Made by a program: the position numbers and the translations under genes. 46,868 nucleotides of DNA from a virus. Taxonomy: Duplodnaviria > Caudoviricetes. Shown one piece after another: positions 35,774 through 45,411 of the stretch (within the stretch, counting starts at the first letter, position 1; every line of letters starts with the position of its first letter). The notes beneath the pieces were generated by a model. The model saw nothing but the letters and a program-made list of their open reading frames with translations. It ran no database searches and was not told where the DNA came from. The DNA lies in the IMG/VR virus record IMGVR_UViG_3300032225_002469, positions 1 to 46,868 of that record; one strand, given 5' to 3'.

Positions 35774-36562
35774 TTAGCTTGCCTGCATGATGATCCAATT
35801 GGTTCCATCGCTGACTAGTGTGGCGTACTTGCCAGCGGTAGCCGCGAGGATTCCAGTACCAGCCGCACCGCCCGCAAGTGGCACCACGTTGGAAGAAGCT
35901 GAAACGACTGTAAATGCCGCAATAGTCTTGAGCATGATTTCACGACCAGTCCAAGCACTAGCAGTTGGTAATGTCACTGTGATTGAGGCTGCGCCGTTGC
36001 AAATCAACCAGTTTTCTGCAATGCCAACAGTAAAAGCACTTGTCTTTGTAACTGGAGCACCACGCCCAATAGCACCTGTATGTGCGGCAAAACCATTACT
36101 ATCTACACGCAGCCGTTCTGTACCACCTGTTGTAATACCAAAAGTATTTGCTGCTGGCGCAAAAACACCATTTGCCAAATCACTGGCAAAGGTAACACTT
36201 GGTGCAGCTGCCGTACCTGCTGTATGAGTAACCGTTAAACCGGTTGCAAGTTTTAACGTTGTAATTGAAGCGTCAGCAATGGTCGGTGTTCCGGTAATCG
36301 AATCACCTTGAAAAATACCAAAGAAACTTAAACCCGCCGCAGGCGCAGTTGTGAACGTAATTTGGTTTCCATTTGCTGTAAAATCAACGCCAGGGTTTTG
36401 AAGAACACCACCTAGTGAGATGAACAGCTGGTAAACATTGGAGGGAACAATGGAAGCGGTATTGACAGTCAGGTTGAACGTCGTCAGGATACCATTAAAA
36501 GAAGCTGCAATGCTATCCAGTTTACGATTCTGCCCAATTGCAGGCTGCGTTCCAATGTACAC
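35774..36562 (-). CDS. Tail/baseplate-associated structural protein
   Basis: MYIG..P, LGGVLQNPG, ITFTTAP; C-terminal TVTLPTAS..GR..SDGTNWI. Confidence 0.7.
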   Translation of the reverse strand: MYIGTQPAIGQNRKLDSIAASFNGILTTFNLTVNTASIVPSNVYQLFISLGGVLQNPGVDFTANGNQITFTTAPAAGLSFFGIFQGDSITGTPTIADASITTLKLATGLTVTHTAGTAAAPSVTFASDLANGVFAPAANTFGITTGGTERLRVDSNGFAAHTGAIGRGAPVTKTSAFTVGIAENWLICNGAASITVTLPTASAWTGREIMLKTIAAFTVVSASSNVVPLAGGAAGTGILAATAGKYATLVSDGTNWIIMQAS

Positions 36563-36636
36563 GACTTACACAATCTAATCTATTGATCCATTGTAGCCGC
36601 CACAAGCACCACTAATGACGGCTACAACCCTTGAAC

Positions 36637-36834
36637 TCAAGCTACTTCTGCTTCCACTGGAGTAGCTTCACCCGCTTCAGCGGCCTGGACTTCCTTCAGG
36701 GCATTCAACGCACCTTGAAGGGCAATAATTTCTTCTTTAGTTTTCTCCAGGGACGCACCGAGTTGATTGTACTCATCAACTTTGGTTTGGAGTTCAGCCA
36801 TCAAGGCGTCGACTTTTTCAGTAAGAGCGGACAT
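36637..36834 (-). CDS. Small coiled-coil protein
   Basis: Heptads, IALQGALNAL. Confidence 0.6.
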   Translation of the reverse strand: MSALTEKVDALMAELQTKVDEYNQLGASLEKTKEEIIALQGALNALKEVQAAEAGEATPVEAEVA

Positions 36835-36987
36835 GGATCCAATTGATTGTCTTTCGCATTATAAACAGAATTCACACCAGTTGTGGTGCGGATCTCCGTT
36901 CAACTTGGTCCAGCGCAACTGCTTTAGGTGCAGGTACGCAGGACAAAACCGGTCATGAAGGGATTACCGATCCAGACGATTAGCAGT

Positions 36988-37227
36988 TTACTCAGCAAGC
37001 TGTGCTTGATATAACGCAATTACTTCAGGTGTCCATAACGCGGCAGCTACTGCCTGTATCTCAACGCATTCGTTACTTACGTCGTCTCCGGGGGAGCAAA
37101 CGTGGCGGTGATACGTGCGCCCTACTTCTGCGCCATCCTTTTCGACAATGTCCGCACGGCGGCATTGCAGGATGGAGTAGGGCGGGATAATCTCAATCTT
37201 GTGTTCGTGGCGTTCAGTAAAAGCCAT
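36988..37227 (-). CDS. Probable tail fibre assembly protein
   Basis: Directly follows the tail fibre; GGAGG RBS; RTYHRH..PGDD...WTPEVI. Confidence 0.65.
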   Translation of the reverse strand: MAFTERHEHKIEIIPPYSILQCRRADIVEKDGAEVGRTYHRHVCSPGDDVSNECVEIQAVAAALWTPEVIALYQAQLAE

Positions 37228-37288
37228 TAGAAACGTCCTCCAGACGTAGCAGATTTAGGCGTAGTTTTAAGCCATTGCGGGCTAGTAA

Positions 37289-39586
37289 TCATGCACCAAC
37301 TTGATACATGAATGTAATTTGAATGTCTGATAATGATAAAGTTGAATTAGCTATGCCCAGATCTTGATCATTGCCATATGTTAATATCATAACTTGTGAA
37401 GCAGTCTGGTTTCTTACGGCAATAGACCCTACAGCGGATGTTGTGTACATGCTAAATCCACCACCATTAACGTTATTAATAAATGGAAGTCCTCCTATTT
37501 TTGCATCGCTGCCAGATGCAGTACTTGGATAAGTTAAATTAAACTGACAAGTTACAAATCTACCAATTTTAGTGTAATAAGCATTTACTGCAGTAAAACT
37601 TAACCCTGCGCCACTAGCATCCGTTGGTGTCCATGTTCCCTCTTCGTAGTCATCTAGTGCATTAACTGCTGCGGTGTCGCCGTTGAATTGGATACCACCT
37701 GTACTAGCGGCCATGCGCATGTATCCATCACTCGTAATCCTCATCCGCTCCGTCGGGCTGCTCGCTCCGTCGGCCGTAGTGGAGAACACTAGGCGTCCTG
37801 GCATGTCGTTGGCGCCTGGGGTGCCGTCTACTTCTCCAGCAATGCCTGCAGAATCAATTAAATCACTACCGTCTGCACCTTGGAAGCTTATATAACCACA
37901 TCGAGTTCCATTAACAACTGTTGTTTTTGAGTTAAGCGTAGCTCCATTAGACCTACCTAAAATAAGTACAGGACTCTCGTTAACTGTAAGAGCGTTATTA
38001 TTAACAATTGAAACACAAGCTCTGTCGACAGCACCACTTGAGTTAGTGCCTTCAACTTGAAACATTGCAGTCAAAGTATTATTAAAATAATCCGTTCGCG
38101 CAGTAGACGTACCAACTAAGAGCCTGCCGGAGCTGTCGATGCGGAGGCGTTCATTGTTGCTAGTAGAAAAGCCAAGGTATCCGCCATCGACACAATTCAG
38201 CTCTAGTGCTCCTGTACCTCGGCTAATTAGCTGTGTGTTGGCATTTGCAGCACCCCCTCGGATAATTCTAAATCCGTAATCCGTGTATGTTGTGTCACTC
38301 GTAATATCAAAAAATACAGTATTATTGCTTGCGCCTTTTGTTCCAAGTTCAATATTGCCTAGAACATCAAGGGCCGACCCAGGGCTCGTAGTGCCAATCC
38401 CTACGTTGCCTGCCGTCGTAACAGTTAAAAAAGCGTTAGTGTCATAAAGAAGGTTGAACCGATCCGTTCCAGAAGTGCCTCCTGTCGAATCTTTGCGTGA
38501 TCCAATAAACCAGTTATTGGTTCCATTATTGGTTGATCCGATAAAACCTGCAGATGTATTGCCGTTGGTTCTGCTACGAACAACTGTATCGTTAGGAGCA
38601 CTTATATCCAGGGCAAACGCAGGACTGCTAGTTCCTATGCCCAGCCTGCCGGAGCTGTCGATGCGGAGGCGTTCGTTGTTGTTTGTTGTAAATTTTAAAT
38701 TACTGGAAGAATCCGATGCAATATAACCATATTCTATAGTGCCGTTAGCATCAGTAAATTGTATGGCAGCAGCAGCGGCAGTAGAGTTTTGACGAACGCG
38801 TAGTCCATAACCAATTCCGGCAGTGGTATCAGTAGACAGCACATCTAAAGCATAACCAGGGCTAGCAGTACCAATCCCTACCTTGCCGCTGGAGTTGATG
38901 GTCATTGCGTCAACGTAACCTGTCGGAATACTTGTTCCAATGGTTGAGTTGACCGAAAAAGTCATATTGCCGGTTGAGTAAAATCGTGGAATGCCACCTG
39001 CCCACATTCCGAGGCCATTAGATCCGGTGTAAACCTGAGAAAGGTTGTTGCCAGACGCGCCCCCAATGCGTGCCATTCCTCCGGTTATGCCAATGTCAAA
39101 CAACGTTCCAGGGCTTGCAGTACCAATTCCTACAAATCCTGAAGAATCAACAACTACACGCTGAACACCTCCCGTAGCAATACCAAGAACATTAGAGCTG
39201 GCTAGATATAAACCAGTATTTGTATTTGCATCAAAAGAAATACTAGGTACGGCTGCTGTGCCTGAAGGAAAGTTAGCGCCTAAATTGACATAATCAGCGC
39301 CAGCAAGAACAGTGCCAAAGAATGACCAACCTAAAGTGGGTGCAGTGGCAAAAACAATGTTGCTGCCTGTCAACGTAAAGCCAGATGCACCTGTTGAATC
39401 GGGTTTTTGAACGATGCTGTTGACCGAAATTAAACACTGTTGAGGATTAACTGGAAAAGGAACCGGCGTGCTTCCAGCAACTTTCAACGCAAAAGTTTTT
39501 AAACTACCGTTAAATTGGCTACTAATATCATCAATGACACGGTAGCTGGGATAAGCAACTTGAAGATTATTACCAAGATATGCCAT
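37289..39586 (-). CDS. Tail fibre protein
   Basis: Multiple ERLRIDSSG/VGIGTxSP shaft units; LDDYEEGTWTP...YTKIGR tip domain. Confidence 0.88.
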   Translation of the reverse strand: MAYLGNNLQVAYPSYRVIDDISSQFNGSLKTFALKVAGSTPVPFPVNPQQCLISVNSIVQKPDSTGASGFTLTGSNIVFATAPTLGWSFFGTVLAGADYVNLGANFPSGTAAVPSISFDANTNTGLYLASSNVLGIATGGVQRVVVDSSGFVGIGTASPGTLFDIGITGGMARIGGASGNNLSQVYTGSNGLGMWAGGIPRFYSTGNMTFSVNSTIGTSIPTGYVDAMTINSSGKVGIGTASPGYALDVLSTDTTAGIGYGLRVRQNSTAAAAAIQFTDANGTIEYGYIASDSSSNLKFTTNNNERLRIDSSGRLGIGTSSPAFALDISAPNDTVVRSRTNGNTSAGFIGSTNNGTNNWFIGSRKDSTGGTSGTDRFNLLYDTNAFLTVTTAGNVGIGTTSPGSALDVLGNIELGTKGASNNTVFFDITSDTTYTDYGFRIIRGGAANANTQLISRGTGALELNCVDGGYLGFSTSNNERLRIDSSGRLLVGTSTARTDYFNNTLTAMFQVEGTNSSGAVDRACVSIVNNNALTVNESPVLILGRSNGATLNSKTTVVNGTRCGYISFQGADGSDLIDSAGIAGEVDGTPGANDMPGRLVFSTTADGASSPTERMRITSDGYMRMAASTGGIQFNGDTAAVNALDDYEEGTWTPTDASGAGLSFTAVNAYYTKIGRFVTCQFNLTYPSTASGSDAKIGGLPFINNVNGGGFSMYTTSAVGSIAVRNQTASQVMILTYGNDQDLGIANSTLSLSDIQITFMYQVGA
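37734..37831. repeat. 98-bp direct repeat, copy B
   Basis: See 14210-14307. Confidence 0.9.
38121..38674. repeat. 32-bp perfect direct repeat (38121-38152, 38643-38674); 24-bp core also at 14588-14611
   Basis: agcctgccggagctgtcgatgcggaggcgttc, encoding ERLRIDSSGR on the - strand. Confidence 0.9.
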
Positions 39587-39598
39587 AACAAGCCATCC

Positions 39599-39943
39599 TC
39601 AATTTTGAAGCAGATAACTAATTGTAATATCCAAAGCGCTGGCTGTATCAGCACTTACCCTAATCACGTCGTTAGCCGTCAGAATAATCTTGCTTCCTTG
39701 GATCATTTCCAAGGATGATCCAGCTGGTACCGGAGCATTCTTAAGTAAAAATACTGCATCTCCTGAACTGGGGAGCAAATAAATATTTGCATTGGCGCTA
39801 CTTCCCGTTTTATTAGAAATCAATATACTAAGAAGGATCAGCGTCGCCGTGCTGCCAGCTGTAATAATATTAGTTGCAGAGCTGCTTGTGACATCAGCGG
39901 TCGACAGGCTGGCTTTTGTGCTTTTTGTAAAAGTATTAGCCAT
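39599..39943 (-). CDS. Putative structural protein
   Basis: MANTF...GSSLE...KIIL..D motif typical of tail-region small proteins. Confidence 0.65.
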   Translation of the reverse strand: MANTFTKSTKASLSTADVTSSSATNIITAGSTATLILLSILISNKTGSSANANIYLLPSSGDAVFLLKNAPVPAGSSLEMIQGSKIILTANDVIRVSADTASALDITISYLLQN

Positions 39944-39944
39944 A

Positions 39945-40349
39945 TCAGCCTAGGGCAACAATGAGGGCAAGGTTGTCGGGAGAAATAAAACTTCCTGAAA
40001 CGGTTAACGAGCCTGTAATTGAAACGTTTCCCGGTATGGAGATTGACCCAGATGAGTCTATTGTAAAGCGTGCAACGCCATTGGAGACTAATGCAATGGC
40101 CGCAGGTGAAGGACTGATGATCCCTGTATTGGCGCTATTGGCAAATTTTAAAGCACAGCTTGTCAAAGAGCCAGGAGATAACCCACTATTCACCCCATCC
40201 TGACGCAAGAGCGGATAACCGCCAAGTGTACTGGCATTGTGTACAACACAAGTATTTTTACTTGTATCAACAGTAACTTCACCAACGGCGCCAATGAAAG
40301 ACGCTGTCTCAGCTGTTGTGCCCCTGCGAAATTGTACTTGTGTTGACAT
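39945..40349 (-). CDS. Tail protein with Mtd-N/hyaluronidase-like N-terminus
   Basis: QVQFRRGT...GEVTVDT; ends ALIVALG. Confidence 0.7.
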   Translation of the reverse strand: MSTQVQFRRGTTAETASFIGAVGEVTVDTSKNTCVVHNASTLGGYPLLRQDGVNSGLSPGSLTSCALKFANSANTGIISPSPAAIALVSNGVARFTIDSSGSISIPGNVSITGSLTVSGSFISPDNLALIVALG

Positions 40350-40502
40350 GGTTACGGGTCATTGTGAAGTCATGTTCTGACGCTAGGTCAGCTGGTACCA
40401 CAACTGTCTTTATTGCAAGCAGCTGACATACCAATCACTTCGCCTGAATTTTTATTCTAAGTTGTTAACTCCTTTAGAATAGTAAAAACAAAACAACTGG
40501 CA

Positions 40503-40760
40503 GTGACACCAGACATTATCATATCCGTAATTTCCGGCGCTGCTGGGGCATTTATGGGGCTTTCAAAAGCTCTGACAAATTTTAACCACAAGCTAGAACA
40601 GCGTTTTGAAAAAATTGAAAATGATTTCAACATATTTCAAGACCGCGTAATTCATGACTACGTACTAAAAGAAGATTTTTTAAGGGAAATGCAAGCTGTA
40701 CATAATAAACTTGATCGCATCCTAGACCATATTTTAAACAGTGTGCAAAATAAACACTAA
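40503..40760 (+). CDS. Small membrane-anchored coiled-coil protein
   Basis: N-terminal hydrophobic segment, YVLKEDF..KLDRI; TAGAAT box upstream. Confidence 0.65.
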   Translation: MTPDIIISVISGAAGAFMGLSKALTNFNHKLEQRFEKIENDFNIFQDRVIHDYVLKEDFLREMQAVHNKLDRILDHILNSVQNKH

Positions 40761-41182
40761 ATTGCAACCCAAGCGGTGATTGTTAAGTTATAAATAAAAA
40801 GCCCTGGGATTAAATTATCGTAATGCAATTGGCCATCAATGGGATTTGCCGGTTTACCGTTGCTGCGAGAGGCCACCGCCTTAGGCGTTCGCCACGTTGT
40901 ACCATCAAATAACTTGTGGATATACGTACTAGATGTATCAAGCCACGACTCCCCCTTACTGAAACTTGTATAACCAACTGCAGGCGAGTTGGGTGCTGTT
41001 GAGCCAATAAAAGTTGGGCCAACTTTAATTAATCCCGTACTGGGGCTGGCAGTATCATCAGCAAAATAAAGTCCCGGATCTCCTGAATTGTTATTGAGCG
41101 CAAGTTCCCCAACGCCAAGACGAATTGGAAACGGACGGTCGTAAAGAAGGCTAGAACGCCGGTTAAGAATTTGAACAGCCAT
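40757..41182 (-). CDS. Putative tail structural protein
   Basis: RRS...GELALN, KVGP, GESWLDT motifs. Confidence 0.65.
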   Translation of the reverse strand: MAVQILNRRSSLLYDRPFPIRLGVGELALNNNSGDPGLYFADDTASPSTGLIKVGPTFIGSTAPNSPAVGYTSFSKGESWLDTSSTYIHKLFDGTTWRTPKAVASRSNGKPANPIDGQLHYDNLIPGLFIYNLTITAWVAI

Positions 41183-41185
41183 GGT

Positions 41186-43486
41186 TTAAATAATAGCGTA
41201 AGTACCTGAATCAATGACTGAATCTTGTGCAACAAGAGGATTATAAGTCCCACAATCCACAACACTGACCGTAGCCTGGTCTTCAGTTGGGGAACCGTTC
41301 AAAAAGTCTCCACCAGAAAGCAAACCCGCTTGGAATTGCACATTGTAATTGATTAACGGTTGATCAATAAAACCAAATTTAATACCTTGCAATTGCATTG
41401 GAGGAATATTGGTCAATTTACTGACAATAGAAATCATTCTTTGCGTTGCATTTTGTAAAATACCTGCTCTATCTAAGTTTCCTTTTGCGTCACGGCGGAT
41501 TTCGTCTGTCATCAACATGGTAATAAGTTGCGGGTCAAAGTTAGAAATATCTTCTGGACGCGTGCTGTTACCAATAATTTGTTTATTACCAACCCATTTT
41601 GAACCTTGCTTGACAAGACTTAACCGGTTTGCATTGTTTTTTAAAATTAAATTTTCTTTATTAAAATTTTTATAAAAAGCATCAAGGTCATCGCCCACTG
41701 GTTTATCATTGGGTTCCAACAACCACGCCCCTACAAATTCATGTTCTCGAATATTATTAATCGAGCAATAGCCCGTTGTTGTTTGTTTGTATGGATACGC
41801 AATAGTAAAGTTATTGTCGTCAATAACCTGACTTATTGTGTATTGACCCGACAAAAGATTTCCATTGCTCACGTCAATTTGTACTTTTGTGTCGGTTGAC
41901 AGACCATGTTGAACGCAAAAAACCTGCACACTTAGTTCATTAGCCTGACTATAGCGCCCGGTTAAAGTGACAGGCTGGCTGCCTTCGTCATGCAATAAAG
42001 AAAACATTGCAGCGTAAATATGTTTACACCAACGAAGTTGGTAATACAACAGATTTGGATATGACGTGTCTGTTTTATCTTTATACGTTGGCAACTCATA
42101 AAAATTATTAATTGCAACATAGCCCAAATCACTATACACACCAACATCATCGCGTTGATTTGTTAAATTTCCGTCACGATCTAGGTGCTGTCCCCCTTTT
42201 GTTGAGGTTATGGGGGTGACGGGATAGCGTTTTGTTCTTAAATGTTCATACAAATTATATCCGTCACGCCTGGAATAATCTTGACAGCTGCACTGATAAC
42301 GTACTTCAGTTGTTAAATACCGTCCTACCTCAAATCCCCTGTGTGCTGGAACAATTGTTTCTGCTTTATTATTGACTGTACGTGCACCGTAGCTATTTGT
42401 GCGTTGAAAAATAATCTCATTTGTTACTGCATCGGTACCCGTGGCTGTAAAGCCAACATAATCATCGTAGCGAAAACCCTTAATTCGTCGCGTAACAGTT
42501 AAGTTTCCGCTTGTTGTACCTGAATCAAGTGTAGAAACGGTAAAAGTATTTAAAGACGTAACTGTAATTGTATAAATTCCGGAAGAAGCTGCGCCACTGG
42601 TTACTGTTAAGTTCACTTCATTGCCAGTGGCAAGACCATGATTAGCTGAACATGTGACCGTTAAAGTGCTTCCTGTGCGTGCATAGGTAGATGCAATTCC
42701 TGGATCACGTTCTATAGCGCGATCTGCAAAACGTTCGCCAGCAAAAAAAGCTGCTTCACCAGGTAAATAACGTAACCTTACCCGCGTGTCAATCCACCGT
42801 AAATCATCAAATGTTGTCGATAAATAAAAATTAATGGTGCCGCCAGTTGTTGCAGGTGCTGCGGCAGCGCAAGTAAAACTATTCTGCGTGGCTGAAATAA
42901 TCGGTAACGTAGCATCAACTGCAGCCCCCGTAGTGAAGTTTAAATAAATATTTTCACCAATACGGAAACCGTGATCTTGTTTTGTAACAGTTATTGTGGT
43001 TCCTGTTTGATTATAAGTTCCGGAATTTACTTGGCCAAGATAACGTACAGCCAAAATAGACAAACCATAATCAAAAAAATTAAAACCATTGCCATCACGC
43101 ATGACAACAATATGTTGCCCTGTTTCAGATGAGCCGCTTGGAAACAAGAATAAACGTAATGGAACAAAAACACCGGGGTACTGCTGGAAAGAACAGTACA
43201 TCCGATAGTCTCCACGGTAACTGCGTTCGTTATAAGAAGAACCTAATGTGCTTTGTATAATTGAATACATTTCAAGGCCACGCCGCCAACGTGACCACAG
43301 CGAATCATTATCGTAAAAACGAATACGACTTTTAAGTTTTGAGTCGCCAGGGGTGAATTTAAAAGGATTATCGCTTAATTGAGGGCCCGCAACTTTGTTA
43401 AAATTTATTTCGCCAAATCCTTTGGACAAATTTTGCTCAAACCCTTTATTTGACGGTTTATTAAACCCGCCAACTCCAAAGGTCAT
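41186..43486 (-). CDS. Large protein with ITVT..HG beta modules and a SWIM-type zinc finger
   Basis: YQCSCQDY...WCKHIYAAM (CxC...CxH); modules ITVTKQDHGF, LTVTCSANHGL, VQHGL. Confidence 0.7.
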   Translation of the reverse strand: MTFGVGGFNKPSNKGFEQNLSKGFGEINFNKVAGPQLSDNPFKFTPGDSKLKSRIRFYDNDSLWSRWRRGLEMYSIIQSTLGSSYNERSYRGDYRMYCSFQQYPGVFVPLRLFLFPSGSSETGQHIVVMRDGNGFNFFDYGLSILAVRYLGQVNSGTYNQTGTTITVTKQDHGFRIGENIYLNFTTGAAVDATLPIISATQNSFTCAAAAPATTGGTINFYLSTTFDDLRWIDTRVRLRYLPGEAAFFAGERFADRAIERDPGIASTYARTGSTLTVTCSANHGLATGNEVNLTVTSGAASSGIYTITVTSLNTFTVSTLDSGTTSGNLTVTRRIKGFRYDDYVGFTATGTDAVTNEIIFQRTNSYGARTVNNKAETIVPAHRGFEVGRYLTTEVRYQCSCQDYSRRDGYNLYEHLRTKRYPVTPITSTKGGQHLDRDGNLTNQRDDVGVYSDLGYVAINNFYELPTYKDKTDTSYPNLLYYQLRWCKHIYAAMFSLLHDEGSQPVTLTGRYSQANELSVQVFCVQHGLSTDTKVQIDVSNGNLLSGQYTISQVIDDNNFTIAYPYKQTTTGYCSINNIREHEFVGAWLLEPNDKPVGDDLDAFYKNFNKENLILKNNANRLSLVKQGSKWVGNKQIIGNSTRPEDISNFDPQLITMLMTDEIRRDAKGNLDRAGILQNATQRMISIVSKLTNIPPMQLQGIKFGFIDQPLINYNVQFQAGLLSGGDFLNGSPTEDQATVSVVDCGTYNPLVAQDSVIDSGTYAII

Positions 43487-43495
43487 AGCCGTGCC

Positions 43496-44284
43496 TTAAT
43501 AATAAGCAGCTTGACAATTGATGTAGAAGCCGGAAGAAAGGGAAATAGAACCGCCGGTAGCTACATAAAGTGCTTGACCACGTTGCAACATCAATCCACG
43601 CATTTTAGGTGATGTTGTACTGTTTGTGCTTGTAAAATTAGCCCCAGATTGCACAACTGGGTGGTTGATCAAAGGCAACACGTTTTCTAAAGTTAAACTG
43701 TAATACTGTTTATCGTAAGTAGAAGGTACACTTGCTACAAAAAGAGGAAAAAATTGATTAATGTTGGTAATGGTTCCCGTATTTACCAGGTAAAAACAAA
43801 AATCAGTAGGCAAATAAGTGTCTACACTGCCTGTAATTGGACCACTAATAGATACAGCAGTTGTTCCCGTAAAAGTATTTGGAGTAACTGCAGTAACTGT
43901 AATAATTTCGTCGGCAGGAAGCGAACCTGAGCTATAACTAGTGTAGTTAAGGCCAACCTTTTGACCAATTTGAACATCGTGACCAATCAAAGTGATGGTT
44001 ACTGTTGTTCCATTTGCTGAGTAAGTTGCCCCACTAGGTGCAATTGCGTCAATAAATGTGTTAACGTTTTTTGAGTAACGCAGCCAAATTTCATCAATAT
44101 ACGCGCCGCTGATCGAAGTATCTGTTAAAGCAGAGTCAACATCAAAAACAGGAGTGGCGTTACCAACAGCTGTTGGGATTAAGCTGGTGGAAAAAGCCTG
44201 TCCAGATGCAACCGTAACAAGTGTTGAAGAAGTTGCCGGGCGATCCGCAAGTAACGGTTGTTTGTTGGTACTACTTGAAGCCAA
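43496..44284 (-). CDS. Putative structural protein
   Basis: SSTNKQPLL.DRP N-terminus and one beta module. Confidence 0.65.
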   Translation of the reverse strand: MASSSTNKQPLLADRPATSSTLVTVASGQAFSTSLIPTAVGNATPVFDVDSALTDTSISGAYIDEIWLRYSKNVNTFIDAIAPSGATYSANGTTVTITLIGHDVQIGQKVGLNYTSYSSGSLPADEIITVTAVTPNTFTGTTAVSISGPITGSVDTYLPTDFCFYLVNTGTITNINQFFPLFVASVPSTYDKQYYSLTLENVLPLINHPVVQSGANFTSTNSTTSPKMRGLMLQRGQALYVATGGSISLSSGFYINCQAAYY

Positions 44285-44341
44285 GGTTCGCGCTCCTCTG
44301 CAAGTTAATCAATTAAAACTATTGTAGCGCAGTGCTGTCTT

Positions 44342-44503
44342 TTAAATTCTTTCGTTTTTACGTGCTTTATCGCGCTCATTAAAACGTCGTTCCCGAAACT
44401 GTTCATCAGTCTCTTCTACGCCATCATAAACAGCTTTTTTCTGTGTTTTTCTAGCCGTTGCTTTTTCTACGGCTTGGCGTCGTTGTGCATACAGATTAAT
44501 CAT
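44342..44503 (-). CDS. Small charged protein (53 aa, below cutoff)
   Basis: ATG overlaps the upstream TGA; MINLYAQRRQAVEK...KNERI*. Confidence 0.45.
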   Translation of the reverse strand: MINLYAQRRQAVEKATARKTQKKAVYDGVEETDEQFRERRFNERDKARKNERI

Positions 44504-44814
44504 CGCCCCTGGCGTTGAGCGTTAATACGATCGCGTTCTTGTGCGCCGCTACGTGCTTCCGTTAAGCGTTGCTCAGCGACTGTAGACTGGCGGTCATTTT
44601 TTCCTTGTGCTCTTGCTGCTTTAAATTTTTTAGCAAGCCTCCCAGCCTGCCGGTGCGTTGAGAAACGGTCATTGTTTTCTGAATCTCTTTTAGGTGATGC
44701 TGCATACTGAGCCCGCTCCATTTCTCCTTGGTACTGCATGCGCTGCCTTTCCGCGTCCCCCTGGGCTTGCTGGGTCCTCAGATTCATTTCCCTCTCCATA
44801 GAAGCTTGATCCAT
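44500..44814 (-). CDS. Charged helical hypothetical protein
   Basis: TAGAAT box upstream. Confidence 0.6.
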   Translation of the reverse strand: MDQASMEREMNLRTQQAQGDAERQRMQYQGEMERAQYAASPKRDSENNDRFSTHRQAGRLAKKFKAARAQGKNDRQSTVAEQRLTEARSGAQERDRINAQRQGR

Positions 44815-44881
44815 TTTAAATCTAAACCGCTAGCACTTATTTGAGTTTATTCTAAATCAAGTCAATGTTTAGCGTTATTAA

Positions 44882-45109
44882 CTATTGAGGAAGACCTGGG
44901 GTACGAAGTTCAGCTTCACCTATCGGTAGAGGAGCGGAAAATGCTTGCGGTAAGCCTAAGGATTGTTTTAAATCTAAATTCAAAGCATTCCCTGCCATAC
45001 GTCGTTGCTGTGGACGGCCACTACGTCCTTTAATACCACCTTGACTGCCTTGGCGTTCTGCTTGAGGGTGCGCCCCACGCAACCCTTCCATGTAGCCCAT
45101 GTTTCTCAT
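44882..45109 (-). CDS. Hypothetical protein
   Basis: Coupled to the upstream ORF. Confidence 0.55.
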   Translation of the reverse strand: MRNMGYMEGLRGAHPQAERQGSQGGIKGRSGRPQQRRMAGNALNLDLKQSLGLPQAFSAPLPIGEAELRTPGLPQ

Positions 45110-45411
45110 TGGCTTGCTCCGTAAATTCCTAGCAGATTATTTTGTGTTGGATTGCGGCTCAAAGCCACTGCGGGCAGCGGATCACTGTGAGAGCGATCAA
45201 CTTCGCGCATGTATGCCGGATTATTGAGCTGAAACTGTGGTTTTTCAATTCCGTTATAAGCAACAACATATGGACAATGTTGAACTTTATCGACCCGTTT
45301 CATGTTGAACGGATCTGAAAAACCCGCCGTAGTGACGTTTCCATCGCCGTACAAGTTCCCGTAGGTTACAGGAAAACTTGGGCTATAGCCAGGAGGTTGG
45401 GCGAATCGCAT
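45106..45411 (-). CDS. Hypothetical protein
   Basis: Coupled ORF. Confidence 0.6.
   Translation of the reverse strand: MRFAQPPGYSPSFPVTYGNLYGDGNVTTAGFSDPFNMKRVDKVQHCPYVVAYNGIEKPQFQLNNPAYMREVDRSHSDPLPAVALSRNPTQNNLLGIYGASQ

Noticed and set aside
36835-36987. GC-richer intergenic stretch as a possible ncRNA (similarly 40350-40502)
   Set aside because: No convincing long stems or known motif could be established by eye.
14210-37831. Diversity-generating retroelement TR/VR pair
   Set aside because: Mismatches are synonymous and not adenine-specific, both copies are inside genes, and no reverse transcriptase is present in the window.
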